From NCBI GenBank assembly GCA_964270895.1, contig OZ185436.1: DNA of 64,000 bases, one strand, 5' to 3'. This document shows positions 52,318 to 64,000 of this stretch, in pieces; positions within the stretch are counted from its first letter, which is position 1, and each line of letters begins with the position of its first letter. The DNA comes from Podarcis filfolensis. Its lineage: Eukaryota. The position numbers were made by a program, and so were the translations under genes. Below the pieces are notes generated by a model. That model did no database searches and had not been told where the DNA came from. It saw only the letters and a program-made list of their open reading frames with translations.

Positions 52318-54162
52318 TATAGGTATGCATTTAGGTTGTATTTAGGACTCAGGGCCAGCAGACTATCTGGAAACCTCTAGGATAGATAGGATAGGCAATT
52401 TTGAGAAATGATGGAAGCTGGAGCTATTAGGAGAAAAAAAGCACAATATTATTTCCTTTTCAGTAGTATTTAATTAGTCTTCCAGCTTTCAAGACAATGA
52501 GCTTATCAAGACAATTATATTAGCCACTGTAGGGCATGAAAGCTAGAACTGTACTTCAAAAATGCCTAAATAGGGAAGTTTGACCAAATTCATCCTGCAA
52601 AACAATGTTATCTAACCACAGATGGCCTGAGCAAAGTAAAAAATAGTACCTGATTTTTTTCTTTTTCTTTTTAAAGGTTCTATGATAGAGTGCTCCCTTT
52701 CATGGCACATACCTCTTGTACTTTGTAATACTCCTGCCAATTGCTGCTAAGAGAAGCTATCAACATTCTGCAAATCTGTTGCCCACGTACAACTGCTCAT
52801 TCCATGAAGAACTAATTCTTGGCTAAATGGGCTACCGGTGAATAGAGTCTCTTAAGATTGTTAGGAAAGCCTCTCATCTCCCTTGTATCATTTAAAGGAA
52901 ATAAATATTTTGAAGTTGTCATTCTTGGAGCCAAAATGGATAGCTGATGTGCAATCCTACACATTTCTACTCAGAAGTTAGTCCCACTGAGTTCAATGGA
53001 GCTTAGTTTTGGGTAAGGAGTAGGAACCCTGTTCAGTAGATATGCCTAGGATGGTACTATTGTCTTTTTCAGTCGAGATATTGCAAGCAAAACTCCCTCA
53101 AAATGCTTTCTTCCTATTAACAAGTTTTCACTTCAGTTCATGCACATTTTCTGCCTTAAAAATTCTCACTCCATCTCCTGGGTATAATTACCAATTTGAC
53201 CCTGATATTATAGACAAAGGGATTGCCTGAAAGAACCATCATTCAGGAGTAGGTGCTGACTTAATGAAATCACTGCCAGAAGTTGTAAATTATATGTGAA
53301 ATTAAAACCTGCTAACCAAATCCATGGGGGAACCAGACAGATCTCTTGTACAATAATTGCTTTTGTGGCATTTGGACTATATTTAAGCTCATAATTCTCA
53401 GGAAGTCAGCTGTTCTCAGTGTTTAGAAAAGAAAGCCCTTTCTCTCATCCAGTTCTGCATTGTCTAGATATTTTCAGAGCTGTGGAGCTGAGCTATATAG
53501 TCCCAAGAGCTCTGTGTGTGTGTTCAAAGAATTCTCTGGAGAGCCAGTGAAAAGATGTTATGGGGTGGCTGAAAGCAGGGAAGGGAGCTAACTAGTACAT
53601 ATATTTTCTCTACCTACACATGAATATATTGTGGACAACAGTTTTGGGTGGGTTTTTTTTCAGATTTGGCTATATACTGCTAACAGCCAATACAGCGACA
53701 CTGTTCTCTTTCAACACTGTGTTGAAAGGAGATAGGTGTGGGACTTTGGTGGGTGAGTGGGTTGTTATTGTTTTAAGGAAAGCAATGATTGATTATCAGC
53801 TCTTGTATACTGACGGAGAAATAATGCAGGTATTTTGCAGGCCGCCACATTGCCTAAATTTCATGTGGAATGCAGACAGTTCAGAGGATTCCCCCTGAAG
53901 TCATTATGTCTATGAAAACCTAGAGGGTGTGTGTGTGTGTTAAAGCAACTGGCCGAGTTTCTGCGTTTATTACCCCATTCACAATCTACAATCTCCTCCA
54001 CTGGAGGGCGCAGAACCAGGACGTCCCCTCAGAACAGAGTAGCCGAGTGTGATGCAACTGTTGAGTTTGAAATGCTAAACTGCCATAAAGCGATGATGTC
54101 TCACTGCTCAGCTAGGAGGGTACAAGCGTAATAGCTGTTGCTTTTTATGTTTGTTTTTGTAG

Positions 54163-54513
54163 GTTAATTCAGTCAGAACAGGAGTGGGGGAAAAGACAAT
54201 TGTTCCAGTCTCTTGCCCAGTGCCAGCTGCATTAACTCCTGGAGTTTCACCATCCCTGCCAGTGCCTATGCCAGGTACTACCCTTTCTGGCACAGTAAAA
54301 CCTTATGTGATGCCTCTTTGTCAATATGGAGGAGTTTTTCCTACATCCGTTTTTGGAGTGCAGTGGTTGGGCCCTGCCACACCGCCTGGGATTGTAGGAG
54401 GCCAGAGCGTTGCGCCATTCCCACCTCTGGGCAAAAACAGCTTGCAGCTGTTTCCAGTGCCGCTGCAGCAACCTGTGGTCAGCCCGCCAGGCTCTAACAT
54501 GAGAATAACCTAG
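54163..54513 (+). CDS. WNK2: WNK2 last coding exon (VNSVRTGVGEK...YVMPLCQYGG...SPPGSNMRIT*)
   Basis: tttttgtag| acceptor and TAG at 54511-54513. The C-terminus resembles the WNK-family end (WNK1 NPPGSNLRTT). Confidence 0.92.
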   Translation, partial: VNSVRTGVGEKTIVPVSCPVPAALTPGVSPSLPVPMPGTTLSGTVKPYVMPLCQYGGVFPTSVFGVQWLGPATPPGIVGGQSVAPFPPLGKNSLQLFPVPLQQPVVSPPGSNMRIT

Positions 54514-56995
54514 CTCGGCCGCCTTTCGATAGCTGACGGTGCTTTCCCACATCGCCAGGGCGGCGCGTTTGAGCCTATGCACGGGGTGTGTTGACCTGCC
54601 GGCATTCGGTTCAGGCCTGCTAGCGTGCACACCATCCATACACTGAATCAAGCAATCACTGTGAAATGTTTTCACACCGATTCGTTTGTGGTTATGGCAA
54701 TATTTGCTTCTCCTTCCTTGCCGAAGATCACTTTATTTTGTGCTCTGGTGTTTGAAACCGCAAACTTCAGCGTTAATGTACTTGAATTGATGGTTAAGAC
54801 AACTGTATTAATCCTGCAGGAGTATTAGTGCCTTGAATTCAAGCTTTTCAGTTCTCGCTGGAAAGATGTAAATAATAAGAATAATTGAAAAGTGTATTTT
54901 ATTTACAATCTGCTTGTGTGAGGTTGATTTTTTTTTATTTGCAAAAATATATATAAATATAAATATATTGGAAAAAATGTTGAAGGTTTACATTTGAAAC
55001 TCTTGCCCAGTTTTGTTCCATTTTTCTCCTGTAAATGCTTTTATTTTAACTGGTGGTTAAAGGGTGAGTTTAAAAAAGAAAAAGGGTGGCTTAAATGTTT
55101 ACAGAGTGAGTTACTGACGGAAGACTTTTCATTTTAATGAAGAGTAATAACATGAGTAGCTTTCTTTTGCAATAGGAGCATTTACAAGAGCTTGAACTTA
55201 AGTTGTATATATGTGTGCAGGTAATAGCTTTGGGCAGTGCAATTCACTTTGTTATGCAATCTTTCTGGAAAAGCTGTTGCAAGTGAAAACTTCTGTTTTA
55301 ATATGAAATAGCAAATTTGGCAAGCAGTTTAAGATGCTTTTCTCTCCCTCCCCCTTTTCTCTCCTTCCCTCCCTCTCTTTCTCATTTAGCCGCAAAAGCA
55401 AAAAACAAAAAATATTCTGAACAAATTATGTAATTTAAATTCAATCCATGCATGTTTCATTTGTGAAATAAACTAATCCAAATATTGGTTATAGGAGAGC
55501 CCATCCCAAAGTTACTATTTAAAAAAAGTATGTAAGTACAGAACTTTACTTGCATGCCATTGCCTTTATTCCAACAGCAGTCGTAGTTCAGAACCATATT
55601 TGAAGTGCTTACAGTATTTTCACTGAAGTGGAATTAAATGTGAAGCTTTCTTTATTATTATCCACCCTACTTATTTAGTAGTGTTGGTGTTTGACCACAT
55701 TTGAATTTATTTTGTCATTTTTCACTCCGTTTGCACTGTAGATAGAATGGGCACCTCTTTCTTTTTTTGGCTTGAGCTTTCTTTCATTGGGTTCACTTAA
55801 CTGTACATAGACTTTGCACCTTCACCTCTCAGTACAAAGGCACAAGGTAACTACTAAGATTGATTTGCAGATTGATAAGTCTCTATTTACTTGAAATTTA
55901 AAAAAAAGGACAAGCATAATGGCACACATTTTAAAATAAAAAGCATTGCAACAGAAAAGTTGAAGGCACACTGCACTCACATTCTCTCTTTATGGGAATG
56001 ACATTTTTGAACTACCTGCTGAAGAGTCGGAGCTGTTTTGCGCTGCCGATCTGTGAATTGTATAGTTCTATTGTACTTTGAGCATTAAGAACTGTCTGAA
56101 ACGTTTTGTTGGTTCCATTTAGTTTATATTATTCCATCAATTCGGTTAGAATTGAATTTTGTAGAACATGGTGCAGAGTCATCTGCCTGGGCAAAATACA
56201 TGCTGTAGTAAGAGATTTCTGCTCTCTGTAACATGTACATTTCATTTGTTTGAGACTTTATTTTAGATTCATGTCTGTATGCTTTATGAGCAAAATATGG
56301 AAAATCTTGTTCTCACTATTCCTACCCCCTTGGCTTGCACTGAAACCTTCGGTTTGTTGGTATTGCCTGTTGTATAGCCGTGCCCCTTGTAAGCTGACAA
56401 GTCAGTGGCACTAACTCCTCACTCCCAAGAGATTGTATATATTCAAGAGAAGACAAAATAAAAGATTTTTGTGCTTGAAAAATTTGTGGAAAACCCAGTG
56501 TGTTGCTAAAATTCTAAAAATATCACAAGATAGCACCGCTCTTTAATTCCATTCCCTGCAGCTTCAGACACTGACTTAAGGAATCATCTGTGACCAGGTA
56601 TCCTTAACTGGGAGCACTAAAAATACTTCTCTGTTTCCCCCTTGCTGTCTCCACCAAGTAAATCCTTCAATGGGTGCCCTTGGCAGATGTCATGTTTTTT
56701 GCCACATTGTCCTCAATGAATTGGACTTTTGTTGTTGTTATTTTTAGTCGAAAAATTTAGTGCACCATTCTGTTGATCCATTTCACACCCATGAATCTTA
56801 TGGTAAAGGATGGGGAGGAAATCTAAATAAATAAACAGCAATCGGCTTGCTTGATAGTTCTAGTTACAGAACTTTGAGTATATCTATTGTATATGTTTGG
56901 GGTGGAATAAACTGTCAACTTGGGAAAGGAATGGTTAAATGGTAACAGTGGTGGCAAGATTCATGACACAAAAATTCCAACACAATAAAAGTACA
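54514..56995 (+). other. WNK2: WNK2 3'UTR (approximate end) with AATAAA signals at 55935, 56906 and 56984
   Basis: Follows the stop codon. AT-rich, with no transposon recognised and several AATAAA hexamers. The true cleavage site is unknown. Confidence 0.65.
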
Positions 56996-58219
56996 TCGGA
57001 CTGGATAAATCGCTGTAGGTTCAGACACTGACTACAATTCAGCATCTTATCTAAATTTCTTGGTAGTGTTGCTTCTTGTATCTATTTAATAGCAAAGGAG
57101 CAGCCTTGACTGGGCTCATGATCACTGAGTAAAATAGACTCAGTTACTATGAATGAGGATGCCATTCATGCTCAAAGTCCTAATTCTGCCTTCTGCAGCT
57201 GGTACTTTTGAGCCCAGTGAGTCTTGCTTGATGTTAAGAAATTGAGCTCATTCTCATTTAAAGTGAGAAGGACTTCTGCCCATACTAATGTAACCTGAAT
57301 CCTGTTACATTTTGCTGATGGGAGAGGTGGCTTACGGGATGTGTAGTTCTGTATAGCCTGAACCACCAGAGATCTGGAAGACAGCCCTTGAATTGTATCT
57401 TAGAATTCTAAATGTATTTGCTTCCCCAGCCCACAATTTGTTTTTTTAAAAAATTATGTTATGATTTGCCCTTTCACGTAGATGGATGAATGAATATGGC
57501 ATGGAGCTCAGCAAGAGACAGGGTATATGGGCCACAGCATTCTTATACAGTACATTTCAGCTGTGTACTTAAATAAAAATCAAGAGTTTGAATTCAATCC
57601 TAAAGGGAGTCAGTAGAAGTGCATTGATGTGTTCTAAGCAAAAGAAGCTGTGTCTGAACACTCATAAATGATAGCTTCAGATAGCATATATTAGTAATTC
57701 CAGTCTTGAACTGATGGTGGTAATGAACTTCATGTCTGAATCTAAAATAAGGGATCGCTGCTTTATTACTTGAAGAAGATCACTACAGCACTGACACAAT
57801 TCCAGAGCATCAGTGATGAATGTTCCTCTGCCCTTCCAGAGCAGAAGATTTGTCAGCTATTACTTCTTTAGTTTTTTGTCTCATGCTGAATTCTACTGCA
57901 ATCAAGTTACTGGTATCCATTCCCCCTCCATCACCAAATACCAAATAAGCAGTCAGTTGGACAGATTAGGCCCTGCAGCCAGCATAATATTTCATTCTCA
58001 TCTTTCTCATGATGTTGTCCCACTGCCTCTATGCAAATTGAAATGGAGAAGTAACTGGCTGGGATCTCATGGGGAATGCTCTGAGGGGATTTCAAAAAGT
58101 TGCTTTCTGAACTGTTGTTGCACTGAACCAAAACACCCAAAGATGCTGCTACCAGTGCTTGTCTCAACTATCTCCAAAAACAATGGCAACAGAAGGTACA
58201 AAAAAATCTGTAATGGGTC

Positions 58220-58221
<2 letters not shown>

Positions 58222-58263
<42 letters not shown>
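58222..58263. repeat. (AAT)n trinucleotide microsatellite
   Basis: Directly visible. Confidence 0.98.
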
Positions 58264-60705
58264 GTATCAATCTATTAGTTAACAATGGTAGATCCAAGTG
58301 GCAAGCAAGAGTGCAGAACTGTAGGCCCAGAAAAAGCCAGACTGGCAGAGGTATTAAAAAAAACCCCTACCCTACACAAAACACAACCAGCCATATCTAG
58401 AGGAAGCTGAAAAGTAACAAGTTCCTCTGTCCACAGGTAATGAGGGCCATCTTCAACAGCCTTTTGGGTAAAGGGTGATGAAGATGGGAATGGAAGGATA
58501 TCTGCCCTGTATGTGTTTTGTTGATGGTGTTTTAGCTTCAGGGCCTAAAAGATTACCAATTTCAGTCCATCCAGTTTCATGTTCTAAAAATGATGCTGAG
58601 TACTGTATGTATATTTTGCCAACCAAATGATTACAGGTGATAGGTTCATGGAGGCCCAATAGTCTTAAGTTAGTCCAAAAACAGTTCACAAGAATTTGGG
58701 TAACTGTGCTGTTAGATCACACTAGCAGAATAAGCAGATCCAAATTATGTCTTTCTCGTTTATGAGACAAATATAAATATATAGCATCTTATCAGCTATC
58801 CAGCTTACAGTTCTTCTCAAGGAATCATCAGGAATTAGGTCTTTAATGGCAAAAACTAATAGATAAAGGAATGTTTTCCATTAGGTAAACTTGAGTCACT
58901 TGTGACTCAAGATACAACGCAGTGTGAAAGTTTTGTGACACATCTCAGTTTTGTGACACATCTCAGTTTAACTACTGGATGCAGCTGGTATTTTGTTCCT
59001 GGATCGTTAGAGATCATGAAGTTGCAGAAGAACTGACTGTATAGAAAGAGCACAGGCTTCTTGGTGCAGCACTAGATTGTGAAATCTGAAATGGCCACTA
59101 TTAAATCTTACTTTCAAAACAAACCTGGAAGAAAGAAATTTTTTTCCTTCCAGTAGCACCTTAAAGACCAACTAAGTTAGTTCTTGGTATGAGCTTTCGT
59201 GTGCATGCACACTTCTTCAGTATCTGGCAGACCAACACGGCTACCTATCTGTAACTGAAACCTGGAAGAGTAACACTTGAGCATTCAGGTTTCTACTGAA
59301 AGTACACAAACGTCACAGCACATTTCGTGGACCTTTTAAAATGTGGCCGCATATAGGGAAAGTCATACATTATGCTGAGGCCACTTGAATACTAAGGATT
59401 TGCAGGATATGAACCATGCATGTATTTATAAGAAAACAGGAAGAGCCCTACTGGATGAGTCCAAAGGTTCATCTAGTTTAACATCTTATTTCCACTGACG
59501 ACTCCAGAAAGTTCACAAGCAGGGAATGAAGACAACAGTGTTTCCAGTTATGTTTTCAGCATCTGGTATTCACAGGCGTTCTATTCAACCCTCGTTTATT
59601 TAATTTATTTAAAGTACTGATTGTCTGCCCTTTGTCTTGTAGTGACAACAATGAAAGCACCGGATCTCTCTCTCTCTCTCCTCTGTGTTTGTGGGTGCAG
59701 AGGTGCAAGCTTTTGAATTATATGCAATAAAGTTAGCATTGCTGCGTAGAATTTAACAATTTGCCCCGTGCTATTACACCAGCCTGATGGATACAAAAAT
59801 GACATACTGGATATGCTGAACTTGAATATGGTAAACACATGAGCTGATGGCTGGAAAATTCATAACGCATTGGCTTAGAATGCACAACTGAACAAAGAAA
59901 AATTTGATTTCTTGGAACATTTTGTGCCACTACATTTGTCATTGCATCAATTAGGGGTAAAAAAGAAATGTTTTCAGAAGAAAAGCTGTGATTATGTCTA
60001 TTATGAAAATTACCTACATGACACAAAAATACTTTGGAAATTTTAACTGGCCTGTATGCCATGTGTTGTCTACGCCAAAAGAATGTGATGTTTTTAAATG
60101 TTGCTTTTTAAAAATGCTGGGCATGTTCATTTTTTAACTTACAACTATTTGTTATATCTGTACTGCAAGTAACTAGGCAGGGGTTTTTTCTGTCCTGCAT
60201 GTGCCTAGAATGTCTTAACAATGCTCCACTTTATAGTTAAGAGAAAAATAATAATGTTTCCAAGTAGAATTGAAGGTGTGGGAAACTGCGAAAGTAAAAG
60301 GGACTTGAATATTAGCTGTTAATGTCTGAATAGGGAACCTTGTATCATCCTCTCTCTTCACCGGATGAGATGTGTGAGCTATACTTGTAGCTGGTGACAA
60401 TCCATCTCACAACAGGGAACAGGTGTGAGTGCTGCCTATGAATGTTATGTAAGAAAGAGGAGATTGGCTAGAATTCAGAAGAGTTTATGGTGAGGCTTGC
60501 TGCTTGAAAAGCCATGTAATACTCAGCACCATCTAGAGATGTTGAGAAAGCAGGTTTGAGGACTGGAGTGGTCAGTTTAGAAGGCTGCAACCCAGTGCTT
60601 GTGCACCAGGGCTTGGCGATATCTGGTTTTCAACAATGCAAAATATCACCAGGTAAACATTGTGATATACTGATCACGATGTCAGAACTATGTAGAGGCG
60701 AACTG

Positions 60706-61306
60706 TAGGGCTGGGTGATATATGGGTTTCAACTTCATGATATATCACCAGCTAAACATCGCAGCAAGGGATGCGGGTGGCGCTGTGGGTTAAACCACAG
60801 AGCCTAGGACTTGCTGATCAGAAGATCAGCGGTTTGAATCCCCGCGACGGGGTGAGCTCCCTTTGCTCGGTCCCTGCTCCTGCCAACCTAGCAGTTCGAA
60901 AGCACATTTACCTTACCGGCGGGAAGGTAAATGGCGTTTCTGTGCGCTGCTCTGGTTCGCCAGAAGCAGCTTAGTCATGCTGGCCACATGACCCAGAAGC
61001 TGTACACCGGCTCCCTCGGCCAATAAAGTGAGATGAGCGCTGCAACCCCAAAGTCGGCCACAACTGGACCTAATGGTCAGGGGTCCCTTTACCTTTAAAC
61101 ATCGCAGTACACTGATATATCACAATGTCTGAAATAAGGATGCAGCTATGTAGAGTCATTGGCTGGCTTCATGGTTTTTCCCACATTGTGATTTTTGCAT
61201 AGGATACACATCATGATTCATGATATATTGCCAGGTCAAAAACCACGAAACTGATATGAACTTCAAACTGGTTTTGGATGACATATTGATATATTGCTCA
61301 GCCCTA
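60706..61306. mobile_element. hAT-like MITE hosting the SINE; related 5' fragment at ~60608-60700
   Basis: Imperfect TIRs TAGGGCTGGGTGATAT / ATATTGCTCAGCCCTA. No clear 8-bp TSD. Confidence 0.65.
60768..61095 (+). mobile_element. Sauria SINE copy with internal deletion and 12-bp TSD
   Basis: Collinear with 26717-27072 but lacking the gtcaaagtgcaagtagataaatagg block. TSD TAAACATCGCAG at 60753-60764 and 61096-61107. Confidence 0.93.
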
Positions 61307-62053
61307 CAGTGCTATTCTACTTGTGGCAGCCCTTTTGTATGGGTGGTTGCCAGTTTGTTTTTCCCACCCCCAAGATGAACATTTGCCATGACCACAAGAA
61401 AGAATGCAGTTGTCACAAACATCATGCTTAGGAGCACCAGTCACATTTTAGGAAACATGATGGTCATGTAAGTACATGACACCAATAGTTTCAGTTCCCC
61501 TTTGGAAGATAAGCCTTGAAATTCCTCCAGTGTAGAAGGCAATTCCCTGTCTGCTAAAATACATAGTGACTAGTGTATACATGCTTGCCAGTTTGATTAT
61601 AGAAAATGCATGCTTCAACAATGTAAACTGAGAAAATGTATTTCTCTTTGCTTTAGTTAACTAACAGTGCAATCCTATACATGTCTACTCAAACATCAGT
61701 TGCAGTGCAGTCAACAGGACTTCCCAATTAAGTGTGCATACCATTGCACCCTAATAATTTCTAATCTGTGCCTGTAACTTATTCAAGCATGATCTGACAG
61801 TGGGAAACTGTGTAGTTTTCTTATGTACTAATCCATGCTTTGACTGGGACTGCATGATGTCAGTGGATTTTGACAACAGCAATTAATGTCCAATGGGCTC
61901 TGGGCCCTATATTCCCTGCTGTGTTCAGTCATGAGAAAGGTTAGTTGATACAATCGCACGAAAAAGTTTTAGATTGCCTCAATTATTATCCATGTTGATT
62001 AAACATCATGCTTGGGCCTTCACACATTGGGTGTTTCCAGACAATATTGTTAG

Positions 62054-62089
<36 letters not shown>

Positions 62090-63572
62090 ACAATCAATTT
62101 GCAATTGTTACTCCTTTTGGAGTGTTGGAGATATTGCATTTCTCCAACACTCCAAAATGCAGTATTTCTTCACTGGGAAGATGTAATTTCCACATCTCCA
62201 CCTCTCAACAGAAAAGCCATTGCTGCTGTGAGTGGCTGGGTGAAGAGTTACAGGATTCGCCTGAGACATCATTTGTCTCAAGGCACACACCCTCTCTTCC
62301 TATGCCGACACTTTGTGATTGTGGTTATTTGTGTGATTTCTGTCACCTGTATTTCTAGGCTATTGTATGTTTGAAGTGGGTTACAATTAAAAAAACACAC
62401 CCCACAATATACACAGTGATATAGCAAAATAATCAAATAATAAGAAGCTAAACAAACAGAAACAGGATTTAAGAGATCTTATTAGTCTCATTATTGTATT
62501 TAAAGTTGTTTGGAGGCTGAGCAGCAGCTGAGTGTGTTTGTCAAGCTCACATATGACTACCTCAAACAGGAGCCCTAGGTACCTCTGCTATGTCTTCTCC
62601 TCCGACACACAAACACACTTAAATAAGAATATAATATTGTGTTACTGGTATTGGGCTGGGGTTAAGTATAGCGCTAAGGATATTCCTTATCTTATAGAAA
62701 GGCAGGCATGGAAGGTGCAACAGCCCTCCAAATTTATTGTACAATAACCCCCATCATCCCTGACCATTGACTACACTGACTGGGGTGCAGACGGGAGCTG
62801 GAATCCAGCAGCATATGAAGGAGAAGAGTTCCCCATCTCCACCACCACGTATTAAAAATGGCTTTCCTGATCCTTGATTTCTTAATTATTTCCTTCTACA
62901 ACAGGGGCCAATGAAATGAGATCCTTCCCACCCCCAATCTCACCATTTATGTTGGTGGTCTTGCTTAACACTTCCCATAAAAGGATGAGCTTTGTCCAGG
63001 GAGGAACTGGCCTGGTCGAAACATCAGCACTGCTAAGCCCATTGCTTCTATGTGCCTTATTAAGGAAGATGGAGCTATTCGGACATTGTGGTGCTTCTTA
63101 AGAATTCTATGGCTTTTTATGTAGGATTTTCTGGCCCATGGAGCAGCTCGTGCATGGCTTCTCTTTATTTTATTGTTTTCATTTTAAAAAATAATAATCT
63201 GTTTTTCTCTTTGTACATTGCGTCATATACATTAATTGTGGCTGCTTTCCGTCTTTTTCATCTATCCATCTTTTGGGTTCCATATGGATAGAAAATGCAG
63301 CTCAGATTGTATAATGACTGTTGTGCCCAAACTGAATGGTTTGGCAAGGGTGCCTCTGTTTTGTTGGATTAGATGAAAAATAAAATAAAAGGTAAACCAT
63401 TGAGCTTTAAGCATGGCACTAGTGTCTGCGATTGTCATGAGTTTGGCTTGCTGTTTCTGTAAGGCACCTGAAATATCCATAGTGCAAGGTTATGCATATA
63501 ATATGATGTTTAATGTGTTTGGGCCTCTAATTCTAATCATACATGATTTTGATATTTTTATTTTTATTTTAG

Positions 63573-63601
63573 ATTCTGAGGAAGAGGACACCCACAAGTG
63601 A
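63573..63601 (+). CDS. WNK2: Candidate alternative terminal exon (D-SEEEDTHK*), joined from the internal donor at 54275
   Basis: Long T-rich tract ttttattttag| acceptor. In phase 1 it reads DSEEEDTHK*, analogous to the remembered human WNK2 isoform end PTP-DPESEKPD*. Confidence 0.55.
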
Positions 63602-64000
63602 CGCGTGTCCAAGCTTGGATATAGGGTCAACATCAAGATCTTACTTCAACTAAGGAAGGGGAAGAAAAGCTGGGAATTGATGTCACATGTGAGAAACTCT
63701 GTACTATTCTTATCCATTAAATTCAATTTTGTAACTTCTTTCTAAACCTTTTTTATTTATAGTTGGAAATTCAAACATTATGCAAAAATAAATAAACTAT
63801 AATTATTTTGAGGAAAAGGCTTGATCCATTTTTGAGTGGAAATTTTTTTTTCTTATGGTATAAGATTTAATTCGTATGAAAACCCATGCAATTATTTTAT
63901 TTTGCCAAATCAGCCACATTCAAATTCTACTTTGGCTGGCAACCTCTCTTGTTTCTTTTAGGATACAAATGATACTCCACTTGGGTAGTATTCAACAAAA

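Noticed and set aside
54108-54675. Alternative-frame and antisense ORFs over the last exon
   Set aside because: Only the 54163-54513 frame matches the WNK C-terminus.
58929-58964. 18-bp tandem duplication AGTTTTGTGACACATCTC x2
   Set aside because: Ordinary slippage duplication with no functional context; not a CRISPR-like array.

Overview
Vertebrate genomic DNA, most likely from a lacertid lizard: it carries Sauria-SINE copies with ACCTTT tails and other squamate-type repeats. The window holds the 3' two-thirds of one large + strand gene, the WNK2 kinase (the kinase-domain exons lie upstream of the window). About 22 coding exons were reconstructed by hand from GT/AG sites, phase continuity and similarity to WNK2 as I remember it. 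They run from 2889 to a stop at 54513, followed by a ~2.5 kb 3'UTR. Introns contain SINEs, LINE fragments (RTE, CR1, L2), MITEs, LTR-like pieces and microsatellites. Most ORFs in the supplied track are spurious. Main observations: (1) a 1017-nt in-frame cassette exon at the exact position where the paralogue WNK1 carries its neural HSN2 exon, sharing an ISxRRxSTS motif; (2) a phase conflict at the end of the large proline-rich exon, resolved either by a 13-nt microexon or by a 1-nt indel; (3) a candidate distal alternative last exon (DSEEEDTHK*) reached from an internal donor in the last exon; (4) a candidate U12-type intron; (5) a Pumilio-element cluster in the 3'UTR; (6) nested transposon insertions. 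All homology statements are from memory and were not checked by any search.
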